Below, piece by piece: positions 46,310-56,482 of a stretch of 64,000 nt of DNA. Origin of the DNA: a virus; the IMG/VR virus record IMGVR_UViG_3300042482_000285. One strand, written 5' to 3'. The notes under the pieces were generated by a model. That model had not been told where the DNA came from. It worked only from the letters and a program-made list of their open reading frames with translations, and did no database searches. The position numbers were made by a program, and so were the translations under genes. Every line of letters begins with the position of its first letter. The first letter of the stretch is position 1.

Positions 46310-49300
46310 ATGAACGTACTTCCTAACATACTACAGTATGGAAGTAGTGGTACATCTGGTACATCAGGTGAATCACAGACTTCTGACTACGTAAATAATT
46401 TCCCAGTTTATATAGATCCAGTGGTTCCTGTGGAGCCACCACCTAGTGAATTATCATCTAGTCAGCCCTCCTTTTTGTCCAAGCTCTATGGTAGGACTCT
46501 TGTTCAGGAGACCCCTATTATTACTAGCGAGCCACTTATTTACGTTGCTGCTCCTGATCCAGTGGATCCAGCAGACAACCAATCGTTCATGTCTAAGCTA
46601 TTTGCTAATGCAAATAACAATACAGCTTTCACAAGCAGCCCAGTAGTATGTGCTGCTAATCCTTGTCCTATCACATTGAACGCCACCTGTGTGTTCTATG
46701 AAGGACCCAATTTGATCTATACAAAGATCAACACAAATGACAACCTCCAGACAGCTCTTGAGAAGATAGAGGCAGCTATTGCTGACGAACTTGCAGGAAG
46801 CTCTGGTACGAGTGGCACTTCTGGCACCTCAGGAACGTCTGGTACAGCAGGTACTTCAGGTACCACTGGCACCAGCGGAACTTCAGGCACAAGTGCTACA
46901 GCAGGTACTAGTGGCACCTCAGGTAGCTCTGGCACATCTGGTACAACAGGAACAAGCGGTACGAGTGGTACTGACGGTAGTGGAGGAACCTCTGGAACCT
47001 CTGGGACGTCTGGAACATCTGGTACTAGTGGCACTGCTGGAACCAGTGGCACCTCTGGTACTACGGGTACAAGTGGCACATCAGGTACAGATGGTAGTGG
47101 TGGCACATCAGGCACTTCGGGTACATCTGGAACCAGTGGTACAGCTGGCACCTCAGGTACAAGCGGAACCACAGGAACTAGTGGCACTAGTGGGACAACT
47201 GGTACCTCAGGTACATCAGGCACCCATGGTACATCAGGTACAACTGGTACTAGCGGTACGTCTGGGACAACTGGAACTTCTGGAACCTCAGGCACTACAG
47301 GTACGTCTGGTACCTCAGGCACTTCTGCAACGAGTGGTACGAGCGGAACCAGTGGTACAGATGGAACAGGAGGTACGAGCGGTACATCTGGTACATCAGC
47401 CACTAGTGGAACTAGTGGTACAACAGGAACTAGTGGGTCAAGTGGCACCAGTGGAACCTCTGGAACATCAGGAACTGATGGCTCAGGAGGTACTTCTGGC
47501 ACATCGGGTACATCTGGTACAGATGGAACTAGTGCAACATCAGGAACTTCTGGTTCTTCTGGAACATCAGGAACCTCTGCAACTAGTGGAACTACAGGTA
47601 CTTCTGGTACGTCAGGTACTGACGGAACAGGAGGAACTAGTGGTACGTCAGGTACATCTGCCACCTCTGGATCATCAGGCTCTTCTGGAACTGATGGAAC
47701 AGGAGGCACATCAGGTACCAGTGGAACCAGTGCGACCAGTGGTACGTCTGGAACTACAGGAACCTCAGGTAGTAGTGGTACAACTGGTACGTCTGGTACG
47801 AGTGGGACCGCTGGTACAAGTGGAACAGATGGTTCTGCAGGTACATCAGGTACAAGTGCAACGAGTGGAACAAGTGGTACAAGTGCTACATCAGGCACGT
47901 CTGGAACAAGCGGAACTACTGGTACATCTGGTAGCTCTGGTTTGAGTGGAGATAGATTTGCTACAACATCAAGTACAACATATACATTAGGAGGTGTTGG
48001 TTCCTCAGGAACTATCACAGTGGGGACAGGACTAGCCTACACAGTGGGTCAGTCTATCATTGTTGCCTACGATGCTAATAATCACGTAGAAGCTGAGGTG
48101 ACTTCATACAATCCAGCAACTGGCGTATTGAGCTTCACTGTATTTAGACTTACAGGGTCTGGTACATATAGTTCATGGCAAGTAAACTTGGATGGTGCTA
48201 CAGGTGGTGATGGTTCTAGTGGATCATCAGGAACTAGTGGTACATCTGCAACAGCTGGTACCTCTGGTACGACAGGTACATCAGGTTCAAGTGGTACGTC
48301 TGCTACGTCAGGTAGCTCAGGTACTACAGGAACTAGTGGAACTGACGGTACAAGTGGAACCAGCGGCACCACAGGCACATCTGGCTCAAGCGGTAGTAGT
48401 GGATCTTCAGGAAGCAGTGGTTCTAGTGGAACATCTGCCACTTCTGGAACTTCTGGTACATCAGCTACAGATGGTACAGGGGGCACTAGTGGAACTAGTG
48501 GGTCCTCAGGATCAAGCGGTAGTGCTGGAACAAGTGGTACAGCAGGTAGTCCTGGTACGTCTGGAACTAGTGGTAGTTCTGGAACAGCAGGATCGTCAGG
48601 AACCACAGGTACATCTGGAACTTCTGGAACAACAGGTACCAGTGGTACTAGTGGTGTATCTGGAACCTCTGGAACTAGTGGTACAAACGGTACAGGTGGA
48701 ACATCTGGCACCTCTGGAAGCAGTGGAACATCTGGGTCTAGCGGTACAGCAGGTTCATCTGGTACTAGTGGAACATCAGGTACAGCAGGTACTAATGGTA
48801 GTCCAGGAACCTCTGGCACAAGTGGATCAAGTGGATCTAGTGGTACAAGCGGTACGACAGGTACCAGTGGAACCTCAGGTTCTTCTGGATCTAGTGGTAT
48901 AAACGTTGGATCAAGTGCTGTAATTGTACTTGGTGCAGGTGCTTGTTCTTCTGTTAGATGTGGCGTTAGCAATAGTGCAACAGGTGGTTACACAGGTAAC
49001 TTGGCAGGTACAAGTAACACCATGAGTGGATGCTGTTACAACGTTATAGTTGGTGGATTTAACAGTACTGCAAGCGGAACATATTATGCGTTTATAGGTA
49101 ATGGTAGTACAAACACGGCAAGTGGCAGTGTTTCATTTATAGGTACAGGTGGGAGCAACATCGCTTCAGCAGATTATGCTTTTATTGGTAATGGTGCAGG
49201 AAATACAGCTTCAGGTAGTTTTGCAACTATTGTAGGAGGTACAGTTAATACGGCATCAGGAACATGTTCTTTTATTGGTGGAGGTTTTTGTAATACTGCT

Positions 49301-52300
49301 TCAGGAACACATGATGTTGTTGTGGGTGGATTATACAATAGGGCAACATCTTCTGCCCAATCATTTATAGGAGGTGGTTGCTACAACTATATTTCAACAG
49401 GTGTTTGGAATACCATCACGGGTGGTATTTGTAACTGTATTACAGCAGGAGGATATGGATTTATTGGTGGTGGATATAGAAACTGCCTGATAAATAGCGC
49501 AACAGAATCTGCTGTAGTTGTTGGAGGTACTAATACTGTATCTGCCTCTTATTCAGGTATTCTTTCAGGAGCTTTAAATAGTGTATCAGGCGCACGTTCT
49601 TCTGTTTCAGGAGGTTGCCAAGTTACAGCGAGTGGCGCATTCAGCCATGTTGGAGGTGGTTGTTTAAATACAGCATCAGGAACAACAGCAGGTGTGTTGA
49701 GTGGTAGAGGTAATGCCGCAGGAGGTAATTGGTCTTCTGTAAGTGGTGGTTATAATAACTCAGCAGGCGGTAATGAATCTCATGTAGGTGGAGGTAATGC
49801 AAACTCTGCTTCAGGATGTATGTCATTGGTTGGTGCAGGTTTTGGTAACACTGCATCAGGTTTAAGGTCAGGTATTGGTTCAGGTCAATGTAACACAGCA
49901 TCAGGTAACTATTCTTTTGTTGGAGGTGGTGTTAGCAATTTAGCTTGTGGTGTTTACTCTACAGTGACAGGCGGTATAGTAAACGAAGCAAGAAGTACAG
50001 GAGCTGTAGCGGGTGGTTATGCCAACACTGCAAGTAATAGATATTCAGCAGCTCATGGTGGATTGTCTAACGTTGCTCAGGGTATTTCATCTGTTATCGC
50101 AGGTGGTCAATCTAACTATGTTTGTAACTCAACATCAGGATGCCTTGCTTATGGAGCAGTTGTCACAGGTGGTGTTGGTAATAATACCACGGGTGGGACT
50201 TGGAGTTTAGCTTCCTGTGCGTTTACGGTAGCACCAACTCCTTGTAATGTAGGACAATACTCTTTCATAGGCGGCGGATTTCAGAATAGAGCAGGAGGAA
50301 ATTATAATTCAGTAGTAGGAGGATTTTGTAATAGTACAGGTACAAGTGGATACACCGCAATTGCAGGTGGTTTTTGTAACACAGCTTCTGCAAACTATAA
50401 CTTTATAGGAGCAGGTCAAAATAACTGTATTATTTCTACAGGAGGAATGTCTATACTTGTTGGTGGCTATCTAAATACAGTTAGTAGCACATATAGCTTT
50501 TTAGGAGGAGGTAGAAGTAACTTAGTCTCAGGAGCTTGTTCTGTAATAGTTGGAGGTAAAAGTAATACAGCATCAGGATATATTTCAGCAATAGGTGGTG
50601 GTCAGTCAAATATAACATCAGGAAGTTTTACTTTTGTCGGTGGTGGTAATGGGGTGTGTGCCACATCTTGTTTGGCAACAGCTGTTGGAGGAGCAAATAA
50701 TAGAGCATCGGGAGCAAGAGCGTTTGTAGGTGGTGGTTCAGCCAACACTTCTTCAGGATATATTTCAGTAGTAGTTGGTGGTGATTCGAATACATCAAAT
50801 GATAGATATGGTGTTATAAGTGGGGGGGCTGTCAATACTGCATCGAACACTTATGCAACGGTGTCGGGAGGTCTAAGTAATACAGCTTCAGCGAGTAGAG
50901 GAACAGTAGCAGGTGGTACAGGAAACACAGCAAGTGGATATGCAGCTTTTGTTGTAGGTCAAAACAACACAGCAAGCGGGAATAGAGCTACAATTAGTGG
51001 AGGTAGAAATAATACATCATCAAGCACATATTCGACAGTCTCAGGCGGTTATAGAAACAGGGCTACACAATATGCTACAACTGTGAGTGGTGGATATGGT
51101 AACTATTCATGTGTTACACAAGGAACTGTTGGGGGCGGTATATGTAATAATCTTTGCAGTAGCGTAAGTGCTTCTTGCGGAGCAGGAGCAACGATTGCAG
51201 GTGGTGTTGGTAACAACACAACAGGTGGTACATTTAATCCTGCAACAGGTCAGTTTTCTGTTGCACCAACCGCAATATGCAACGCAGGTCAATTCTCTTT
51301 CATAGGAGGAGGATTTTCAAATGTAGCTACAGGAGCATATTCTGTTTTAAGTGGTGGGCAATGCAACACTGCAAGTGGATATAGGAGTTTTGTAGGTTCA
51401 GGTTATCAAACTGTAGCATTAGGTTGTCATAGTGTAGCTGTTGGAGGTTTGTTTAACTGTGCAAGTAACTGTGCAGTAGTGGTAGGTGGTTGTGTTAATA
51501 CAGCTTCAGGTGCTTATTCTTTTATTGGAGGTGGTAGAACACACACAGCAAGTGGTACTTGGTCTACCATTTCAGGTGGATATGGTAACCTTGCAAGTGG
51601 ACAAATATCAGTAGTTGCAGGAGGTTATGGAAGTAGTGCAACAGGTTGTCGTGCTGCAACCTTGGGGGGTCAATCAAATGGTGCATCAGGCGCATGGGCT
51701 ACAGCAGGTGGTGGAATTAGTAATGTTGCATCAGGAGAATCATCAGTGGTAAGTGGTGGTGATAGTAACACAGCAAGTGGTATTCGTGCAGCAATAGGTG
51801 GCGGTTTAGCAAATACAGCAACACAATGTGTATCTACTGTAGCAGGTGGAGACTATAATGATGCTACAGCAAACAGAGCATTCATAGGTGGTGGATATAA
51901 TAATACAGCTTCTTCAAGCTATACCACTGTATCAGGTGGTTATCAAAATACGGCATCTGCTACAAGGGCTACTGTTGCAGGTGGTCAGTTCAATTTTGCC
52001 ACAGGTAGCCAATCGATAGTTGGCGGGGGTATATGTAACTGTGCAACCACTTCAAATTCACATATTGGTGGCGGTCTTAGAAACTGTGTTGTAGGAAGCA
52101 TGGAAGCATCCACAATAAGTGGAGGTTATGGTAATATAGTTTGTGGTTCAGGTTGTGAAGCAACTATTGGAGGTGGTCGTGGAAACCGTACTGTTGGTTG
52201 GTGGACATTTGTAGGAGGTGGTGTTGGAAACGTGGCTTCTGCTGAAAGTTCTATTAGTGGCGGTGCATTAAACACAGCATCAGGATATAGGTCTTCTGTA

Positions 52301-55300
52301 TCAGGTGGTTGGTGTAACGTTACATCAGGTTGTCAAGCGGGTGTTTTGAGTGGATGTGGTAATACAGCATCAGGATATAGAGCAGTTGCTGTTGGTGGCG
52401 GTTCAAATATATCTTCAAATAGTTGGTCAACAGTAGGTGGAGGTAGAAATAACACAGCTTCAGGTTGCATGTCCTTTATAGGTGGTGGCTGTGGAAACAC
52501 TGTTTCGGGTGGTTATGCTTCTTCTCTTTTAGGTGGATGTGGTAACACAGCATCGGGAACAAGGTCTACCGTAGGTGGTGGAATGTTGAATACAGTAACA
52601 GGAGCATCAGGAACAATAGCAGGTGGAGAATATAACTGTATTTGTAGTGCAGGCATATTTGGAATCATATCAGGTGGATATTGTAGCATAGTTTCAGGAT
52701 GTTCTGCATCAATATTAGGTGGTAGAGCTAATTTAGCATCAGGAGATTGTTCAACAGTGGGTGGCGGTCAAGCAAACTGTGCAACAGGTGCTTTTTCAGC
52801 AATAGTGGGAGGAGACCAACATGCTGCCACAGCTTCAAGAGCATTTATAGGTGGTGGTTATGACAATACCGTAAGTAACGGTTATGGAGCTATAACAGGA
52901 GGTTATCAAAACAATGCTTCTTACATGGCTTTTGTAGGTGGAGGTAGAGGAAGCACAGCATCAGGAAACTATTCAACAGTAGCAGGGGGACAGTCTAACA
53001 CTGCTTCAGGAACTGTATCAACAGTTGGTGGAGGTGCAGGGCATACAGCTTCAGGATATCGTTCTGTTATCAGTGGTGGACACGCAAATTATGCTACAGC
53101 ATCTTGTTCCGCAGTAGGAGGTGGATATAACAACATTTCTTCAGGAGGATTTGCTTTTGTTGGTGCAGGTACAGGTAACACCTCTTCAAGTTCAGCAACA
53201 TTTATTGGAGGTGGTTATTATAATGTTGCAAACTGTGGATATGCTTCAGTGGCAGGAGGACAACAGAACACAGCAAGTGGAAGATATTCATTTGCAGGTG
53301 GTGGTCTTTGCAACCTTTCCAATGGTGATATGTCAACTATTGGTGGAGGTTCATGGAATAAAATAATTAGTTCAATAGCTACTTGTTGTGCAACAGGAGC
53401 TACTATTGCAGGCGGTGTAGGTAACAATACATGTGGTGGAACATTTAATAACTATGGTGTTCCAACTGTAAACCCAACAGTTGTATCAGCAGGTATTTAT
53501 TCTACAATAGGAGGTGGTTTTCAGAATAGGGCAGTGGGAGAATACTCTGTAGTTTCAGGCGGTATTTTTAATGTTGCAAACACAATATATTCATTTGTTG
53601 GTGGTGGGTATGGACACCTTGCTTCAGGTCAAGCTGCAATGATAGGTGGAGGTCGCTCCCATACAACATCTAATACTTATGCTACAGTACTAAGTGGATA
53701 TAACAGCACTGCAACGGGTTACGCTTCAACAATTTCAGGAGGTTATCAAAACATTGCTTCGGGTACTGATGCTGCAATATCAGGTGGTCGTGCTAATACA
53801 GCAACAGCCTTAGCAGCTTATGTTGGAGGAGGAAGATATAATGATGCAACAAATAATGTAGCCACTATAGCAGGTGGATATGATAACACAGCTTCAGGTG
53901 GATACTCAACTGTAGGTGGTGGATTAGGTAACTGTGCTACAGGATGTATATCTGCTGTAGTGGGTGGTAGACAAAGTTGTGCTACAGGTTGTTATGCTTT
54001 TGCAGGAGGTGGTTACAATAGTAAAGCTACAGCTTTTGCAACTACAACAAGCGGTGGATATGGAAACTTAGCTTCAGGAAATTCATCAACAGTATCAGGT
54101 GGTAGAATAAATACAGCTTCTAATGGTTATGCTACAGTTGCGGGAGGTTATCAAAACACTGCGAGTGGTGCTTATGCTTTTGTAGGTGCAGGTAGTATAA
54201 GTTCAGCAGGTGGTGACTGTGCTGTAATGGTAGGTGGTAAAGCAAATGCCGCAAGTGGTAATATATCATTTCTTGGTGGAGGATGTACAAACACCGCATC
54301 GGGACAAAATTCAGTTGTTGTTGGGGGATGTAATAACACATCAAGTGGTAATACATCAAGTATTTTAGGAGGTAGAGGTAACTCTACGTCTACTGCTTGT
54401 AATAGTATAAGCGGTGGATATGGTAATATAATTACAGCTTCAACAGGTCGTTCTTCAATTGTTGGTGGTAGTTCTAACTGTATAGGAGGTTCAGGTCTTG
54501 CATTTATTGGAGGAGGTAATACAAACACTATATCAGGTAGTTATTATGGAACTATAGCAGGTGGTGTAGGAAACACTACCTCAGCTTGGGCAAACTTTAT
54601 TGGAGCAGGTACATTCAATGTCGTTTCAGGAGGTTGTGGTGCAGTTGCAGGTGGTAATGGGAACACTGCTTCGGGGGGAGCATCTGCTATAGGTGGTGGT
54701 AGAGGTAATACGGCTTCAGGCACTTATTCTAAAGTCGGAGGAGGATGTTCAAATACTGCATCAGCTTCAAGGTCAACAGTAGTAGGTGGATTCCAAAATA
54801 CTGCATCATTTTATGCTTCATTTGTTGGAGGAGGTAGTTTTAACACAGCAAGTTGCTATTGTTCTTTTGTTGGTGCAGGTAATGGTAACGTAGCTTCAGG
54901 TAATGGTTCTGCGGTTGTAGGAGGTCAATCAAATTCTGCATCCAATCTAAATTCATTTGTAGGTGGAGGTAGAGCAAACTGCGCTTATGGAATTTGTTCA
55001 ACAGTTGGAGGAGGTTATAATAATAGGGCAAACCTATACAGCACTGCTGCGGGAGGTCTAAGTAATAATGCTACAGGTACTACTTCAACCGTAAGTGGTG
55101 GTTATAGTAACACAGCAAGTGGTACATACGATGCTTCTATTGGAGGTGGTGCATCGAATAGTGCAAGTGGAAATAAGTCAAGAGTAGGAGGTGGACAATC
55201 TAACGGTGCTACGGGTACAGCTTCTTTTGTAGGAGGTGGTTGTGCTAACACTGCGTCAGGCTATCGTTCAACAGTAAGTGGTGGTTTATCTAATGTAGCT

Positions 55301-56482
55301 TCAGGAGATAGAGCAACGGTAGGTGGTGGTGGTGCAAACTGTGCTACAAATACAGGAGATACTATTTCAGGTGGTATTAATAGTAGAGCAGGTGGTGCTT
55401 ATGGTACAGTTTCAGGTGGTTACAATAATAGTGCTACAGGATATATGGCTGTTATTGGTGGTGGTTGTATAAACTCATCAACATCAAACGCATCAACAGT
55501 TAGTGGAGGTCAGCAAAATTCAGCATCAGGTGCATGTTCCACTGTGGGTGGTGGTATTACAAATAGTGCATCTGGTACAAAATCTACCATTGCAGGTGGT
55601 CAAACAAACACTGCATCAGGATATAACTCATTTATCGGAGGTGGATATGCTAACCAAGCAACACAAACATATAGCTTTGTTGGTGGTGGAGACGAAAATA
55701 TTATTTCATCAGGTGCAAGAGGTGTAATTAGTGGTGGTCAAGGTAATAGAATATGTGGTACATCATCAGGATGTAATACAATTGGTGGTGGATATTTAAA
55801 CTGTATCACTACAGGATTTGTAAATACAATTGGTGGTGGTTATAACAATAGAATAGTAGGTGGCTCTTACCACGTCATAGCAGGTGGTTATAGTAACCAA
55901 ATATCATCAAATACAGAATCAGGTATATTAACAGGTGGTGCTAATACAGTATCAGGTACATACTCAGTAGTAGTTGGTGGTCAAGCAAACACAGCATCAG
56001 GGATATGCTCAGGGGTGTTAGGAGGTAGAAGTAACACAGCTTCAGGAAATCATTCTTCAGTACTTGGTGGATGCGGTAATGTAATATCAGGAAATTGTTC
56101 AGGTGGTGGAGGTGTAGGAATATCAGGAACTTGCTCATCTACTTTTTATTGGAATAACTTTTGTGCAACGTCTTGTATGTGGGCAGTTGCATATTTTGAA
56201 TCTTCTGACGAGCGTTTGAAGGATATTCATTGCACTGTAGGATCTTGTGACTCCATCAATCCTATCTATTTCAAATGGAAAGAAGGTGACGCAAGTGTTA
56301 TTAACATAGGATATTCTGCACAGAACGTGAAGGAAGTGCTTCCTCATACAATCAGAACAGATGAGAAGGGCTACTATAACGTAGACTACCATCAGGTGCA
56401 CATCTATAAAATAACTAAACTTGAGGAACGCATCACACAGCTTGAGGATATAATCAAAAAACTATCATCATGTCTTGGGTAG
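46310..56482 (+). CDS. Giant tail fibre (3390 aa): N-terminal adapter, two collagen-like GXY tracts, Hep_Hag/YadA-like beta-roll repeat array, C-terminal S74 intramolecular chaperone domain
   Basis: Two tracts of (G-T/S-S/T/A)n triplets. About 160 copies of a 14-15-aa repeat S-x-V-G-G-G-x-x-N-T-A-S-G-x-x. C-terminal ...YFESSDERLKDIH... matches the S-D-x-x-x-K Ser-Lys dyad of endosialidase-type intramolecular chaperone (peptidase S74) domains. Confidence 0.8.
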   Translation: MNVLPNILQYGSSGTSGTSGESQTSDYVNNFPVYIDPVVPVEPPPSELSSSQPSFLSKLYGRTLVQETPIITSEPLIYVAAPDPVDPADNQSFMSKLFANANNNTAFTSSPVVCAANPCPITLNATCVFYEGPNLIYTKINTNDNLQTALEKIEAAIADELAGSSGTSGTSGTSGTSGTAGTSGTTGTSGTSGTSATAGTSGTSGSSGTSGTTGTSGTSGTDGSGGTSGTSGTSGTSGTSGTAGTSGTSGTTGTSGTSGTDGSGGTSGTSGTSGTSGTAGTSGTSGTTGTSGTSGTTGTSGTSGTHGTSGTTGTSGTSGTTGTSGTSGTTGTSGTSGTSATSGTSGTSGTDGTGGTSGTSGTSATSGTSGTTGTSGSSGTSGTSGTSGTDGSGGTSGTSGTSGTDGTSATSGTSGSSGTSGTSATSGTTGTSGTSGTDGTGGTSGTSGTSATSGSSGSSGTDGTGGTSGTSGTSATSGTSGTTGTSGSSGTTGTSGTSGTAGTSGTDGSAGTSGTSATSGTSGTSATSGTSGTSGTTGTSGSSGLSGDRFATTSSTTYTLGGVGSSGTITVGTGLAYTVGQSIIVAYDANNHVEAEVTSYNPATGVLSFTVFRLTGSGTYSSWQVNLDGATGGDGSSGSSGTSGTSATAGTSGTTGTSGSSGTSATSGSSGTTGTSGTDGTSGTSGTTGTSGSSGSSGSSGSSGSSGTSATSGTSGTSATDGTGGTSGTSGSSGSSGSAGTSGTAGSPGTSGTSGSSGTAGSSGTTGTSGTSGTTGTSGTSGVSGTSGTSGTNGTGGTSGTSGSSGTSGSSGTAGSSGTSGTSGTAGTNGSPGTSGTSGSSGSSGTSGTTGTSGTSGSSGSSGINVGSSAVIVLGAGACSSVRCGVSNSATGGYTGNLAGTSNTMSGCCYNVIVGGFNSTASGTYYAFIGNGSTNTASGSVSFIGTGGSNIASADYAFIGNGAGNTASGSFATIVGGTVNTASGTCSFIGGGFCNTASGTHDVVVGGLYNRATSSAQSFIGGGCYNYISTGVWNTITGGICNCITAGGYGFIGGGYRNCLINSATESAVVVGGTNTVSASYSGILSGALNSVSGARSSVSGGCQVTASGAFSHVGGGCLNTASGTTAGVLSGRGNAAGGNWSSVSGGYNNSAGGNESHVGGGNANSASGCMSLVGAGFGNTASGLRSGIGSGQCNTASGNYSFVGGGVSNLACGVYSTVTGGIVNEARSTGAVAGGYANTASNRYSAAHGGLSNVAQGISSVIAGGQSNYVCNSTSGCLAYGAVVTGGVGNNTTGGTWSLASCAFTVAPTPCNVGQYSFIGGGFQNRAGGNYNSVVGGFCNSTGTSGYTAIAGGFCNTASANYNFIGAGQNNCIISTGGMSILVGGYLNTVSSTYSFLGGGRSNLVSGACSVIVGGKSNTASGYISAIGGGQSNITSGSFTFVGGGNGVCATSCLATAVGGANNRASGARAFVGGGSANTSSGYISVVVGGDSNTSNDRYGVISGGAVNTASNTYATVSGGLSNTASASRGTVAGGTGNTASGYAAFVVGQNNTASGNRATISGGRNNTSSSTYSTVSGGYRNRATQYATTVSGGYGNYSCVTQGTVGGGICNNLCSSVSASCGAGATIAGGVGNNTTGGTFNPATGQFSVAPTAICNAGQFSFIGGGFSNVATGAYSVLSGGQCNTASGYRSFVGSGYQTVALGCHSVAVGGLFNCASNCAVVVGGCVNTASGAYSFIGGGRTHTASGTWSTISGGYGNLASGQISVVAGGYGSSATGCRAATLGGQSNGASGAWATAGGGISNVASGESSVVSGGDSNTASGIRAAIGGGLANTATQCVSTVAGGDYNDATANRAFIGGGYNNTASSSYTTVSGGYQNTASATRATVAGGQFNFATGSQSIVGGGICNCATTSNSHIGGGLRNCVVGSMEASTISGGYGNIVCGSGCEATIGGGRGNRTVGWWTFVGGGVGNVASAESSISGGALNTASGYRSSVSGGWCNVTSGCQAGVLSGCGNTASGYRAVAVGGGSNISSNSWSTVGGGRNNTASGCMSFIGGGCGNTVSGGYASSLLGGCGNTASGTRSTVGGGMLNTVTGASGTIAGGEYNCICSAGIFGIISGGYCSIVSGCSASILGGRANLASGDCSTVGGGQANCATGAFSAIVGGDQHAATASRAFIGGGYDNTVSNGYGAITGGYQNNASYMAFVGGGRGSTASGNYSTVAGGQSNTASGTVSTVGGGAGHTASGYRSVISGGHANYATASCSAVGGGYNNISSGGFAFVGAGTGNTSSSSATFIGGGYYNVANCGYASVAGGQQNTASGRYSFAGGGLCNLSNGDMSTIGGGSWNKIISSIATCCATGATIAGGVGNNTCGGTFNNYGVPTVNPTVVSAGIYSTIGGGFQNRAVGEYSVVSGGIFNVANTIYSFVGGGYGHLASGQAAMIGGGRSHTTSNTYATVLSGYNSTATGYASTISGGYQNIASGTDAAISGGRANTATALAAYVGGGRYNDATNNVATIAGGYDNTASGGYSTVGGGLGNCATGCISAVVGGRQSCATGCYAFAGGGYNSKATAFATTTSGGYGNLASGNSSTVSGGRINTASNGYATVAGGYQNTASGAYAFVGAGSISSAGGDCAVMVGGKANAASGNISFLGGGCTNTASGQNSVVVGGCNNTSSGNTSSILGGRGNSTSTACNSISGGYGNIITASTGRSSIVGGSSNCIGGSGLAFIGGGNTNTISGSYYGTIAGGVGNTTSAWANFIGAGTFNVVSGGCGAVAGGNGNTASGGASAIGGGRGNTASGTYSKVGGGCSNTASASRSTVVGGFQNTASFYASFVGGGSFNTASCYCSFVGAGNGNVASGNGSAVVGGQSNSASNLNSFVGGGRANCAYGICSTVGGGYNNRANLYSTAAGGLSNNATGTTSTVSGGYSNTASGTYDASIGGGASNSASGNKSRVGGGQSNGATGTASFVGGGCANTASGYRSTVSGGLSNVASGDRATVGGGGANCATNTGDTISGGINSRAGGAYGTVSGGYNNSATGYMAVIGGGCINSSTSNASTVSGGQQNSASGACSTVGGGITNSASGTKSTIAGGQTNTASGYNSFIGGGYANQATQTYSFVGGGDENIISSGARGVISGGQGNRICGTSSGCNTIGGGYLNCITTGFVNTIGGGYNNRIVGGSYHVIAGGYSNQISSNTESGILTGGANTVSGTYSVVVGGQANTASGICSGVLGGRSNTASGNHSSVLGGCGNVISGNCSGGGGVGISGTCSSTFYWNNFCATSCMWAVAYFESSDERLKDIHCTVGSCDSINPIYFKWKEGDASVINIGYSAQNVKEVLPHTIRTDEKGYYNVDYHQVHIYKITKLEERITQLEDIIKKLSSCLG
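46796..47950 (+). repeat. Collagen-like Gly-X-Y tract 1 (~128 triplets), about 9-nt periodic DNA
   Basis: Uninterrupted G-[TSA]-[STAG] triplets (GTSGTSGTAGTSGTTG...). Nucleotide repeat unit ggtac(a/t)tc(t/a)gg(a/t)ac. Confidence 0.85.
48201..48900 (+). repeat. Collagen-like Gly-X-Y tract 2 (~78 triplets)
   Basis: GDGSSGSSGTSGTSATAGTSG...SSGSSG, separated from tract 1 by a roughly 85-aa globular insert. Confidence 0.85.
48901..56110 (+). repeat. Ser-rich 14-15-aa beta-roll (Hep_Hag/YadA-head-like) repeat array, about 2400 aa
   Basis: Periodic GG(G)xxNTASGxxSxV units, many containing Cys (GGGFCNTASG, GGICNCITAGG); no stop for 7.2 kb. Confidence 0.7.
56201..56482 (+). other. C-terminal intramolecular chaperone / auto-proteolysis domain (peptidase S74-like), predicted to be cleaved off
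   Basis: SSDERLKDI at nt 56201-56227. Hydrophobic/charged alternation and a terminal coiled coil (ITKLEERITQLEDIIKKL), as in K1F endosialidase, T5 pb1 and phi29 gp12 C-termini. Confidence 0.6.

Noticed and set aside
46796-48900. Possible CRISPR array or tandem-repeat non-coding locus
   Set aside because: The periodicity is 9 nt with no spacer-like unique segments and it is in frame within a 10-kb ORF. It is protein-coding collagen-like sequence, not CRISPR.
46717-48972. Long minus-strand and alternate-frame ORFs (433, 388, 296 and 236 aa) rich in Pro/Val/Leu/Gln across the collagen-like region
   Set aside because: They are reading-frame shadows of the 9-nt-periodic GXY codon array. Their compositions (PVPLVPDVPEVP, QVLQVPLAP) are the complement or frameshift translations of GGT-ACN-TCT repeats. 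They lack independent starts or context and lie wholly inside the strongly supported fibre gene.
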